Assembly (NCBI GenBank): GCA_002428625.1
Contig: DIXI01000011.1
Coordinates: 1 to 64,000, forward strand
Length of the DNA stretch: 64,000 bases
Origin: Sphaerochaeta sp. UBA6084
GTDB lineage: Bacteria > Spirochaetota > Spirochaetia > Sphaerochaetales > Sphaerochaetaceae
Direction: 5' to 3'
This document shows, one piece after another, positions 63,617 through 64,000 of this stretch. Numbering within the stretch: position 1 is the first letter of the stretch; the number at the start of each line of letters is the position of its first letter. The position numbers and the translations under genes were made by a program. Under the pieces are notes generated by a model. That model saw only the letters and a program-made list of their open reading frames with translations. It was not told the DNA's origin and ran no database searches.

Positions 63617-64000
63617 ATGGAATTACAGAACAACCTCTGTGAAAACAAGGTTAATGCCGCTCAGACCATCATCTTTCTTGAAGAAAAAATCCTCATCGAC
63701 GAATTTCATAGATCCGACTTACACGCCAAACCTTGGAGCCTCGCCAACGATTTCGTTTCCGCATTGCGTGAATTGCAGAACCATTTCCTATTGGCGATCG
63801 TAAAAGATTCGGGAAAGGAAACTCCTTCAATCGACGAACTTCTTGATTCCTTATCGCGGGAGTTCGGAATTATCATCTCCACCAGTTTGAAAGAGGATGA
63901 CATCCCCGCTGAATGCAGATATCACCTGCATCCTGGCCTGAAGCTGTCAATCTTTGCAGGAGAATCTGCACAAGACCCAGGGAGCTTTCTTCCAAAAAAC
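63617..64000 (+). CDS. hypothetical protein, N-terminal fragment (continues beyond the window)
   Basis: ATG at 63617 is preceded by 'agaggag' (RBS). The frame is open to the window end (128 aa, 'MELQNNLCENKVNAAQTIIFLEEKILIDEFHRSDLH...'). I recognise no domain. Confidence 0.35.
   Translation, partial: MELQNNLCENKVNAAQTIIFLEEKILIDEFHRSDLHAKPWSLANDFVSALRELQNHFLLAIVKDSGKETPSIDELLDSLSREFGIIISTSLKEDDIPAECRYHLHPGLKLSIFAGESAQDPGSFLPKN

Noticed and set aside
1-64000. CRISPR arrays, rRNA genes, transposases or integrases
   Set aside because: No regularly spaced direct repeats with unique spacers were seen. No rRNA-like conserved stretches. No ORF with DDE or tyrosine/serine-recombinase motifs was recognised.

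Overview
This 64 kb window is a moderately GC-rich bacterial chromosomal segment with tightly packed, translationally coupled operons. The recurring 'FAGGGQE/FAGGGSE' lipoprotein N-termini suggest a spirochaete-like (Sphaerochaeta-type) saccharolytic anaerobe, but that is inference only. The window carries no rRNA or intact tRNA, no CRISPR array, and no integrase or transposase gene.

Content, in order:
- A partial GH127-like glycosidase followed by a GH78 alpha-L-rhamnosidase.
- A five-gene minus-strand operon: 2-oxoacid:ferredoxin oxidoreductase (delta, alpha, fused beta-gamma) followed by butyrate kinase and phosphate butyryltransferase.
- An acyl-CoA ligase, and a DUF1858/DUF438-hemerythrin pair.
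- zwf-pgl, next to a serine-palmitoyltransferase-like alpha-oxoamine synthase.
- A hexuronate/KDG catabolic cluster: uxaA, uxaC, an IclR (KdgR-like) regulator, kdgK, and an eda gene with a C-terminal VOC-like extension.
- A 7-gene operon: YtrA-type GntR, SPFH protein, MacB/Lol-like ABC ATPase with two FtsX permeases, a LolA-like protein and a putative outer-membrane beta-barrel.
- An Opp-type peptide ABC importer. Its OppC permease carries a ~300 aa RCC1-like beta-propeller insertion in the first periplasmic loop, and its OppF ATPase carries a ~200 aa coiled-coil insertion.
- A family-1 SBP ABC importer with two ATPase genes, next to a membrane-bound AraC-type regulator.
- Three c-di-GMP turnover proteins.
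- A cassette-like terminal region (58.2-63.6 kb) with an Asp-rich lipoprotein, YjbQ, a decayed BrnA-like antitoxin, an intact RelB/RelE-ParE pair and a sensor GGDEF.

Main hunt results: that terminal region is punctuated by a previously unrecognised dispersed repeat family with a GACCTGGCACC core, and other copies flank the IclR gene. I also found two shared candidate operator motifs, a 3' tRNA-like fragment, and several convergent hairpin terminators.
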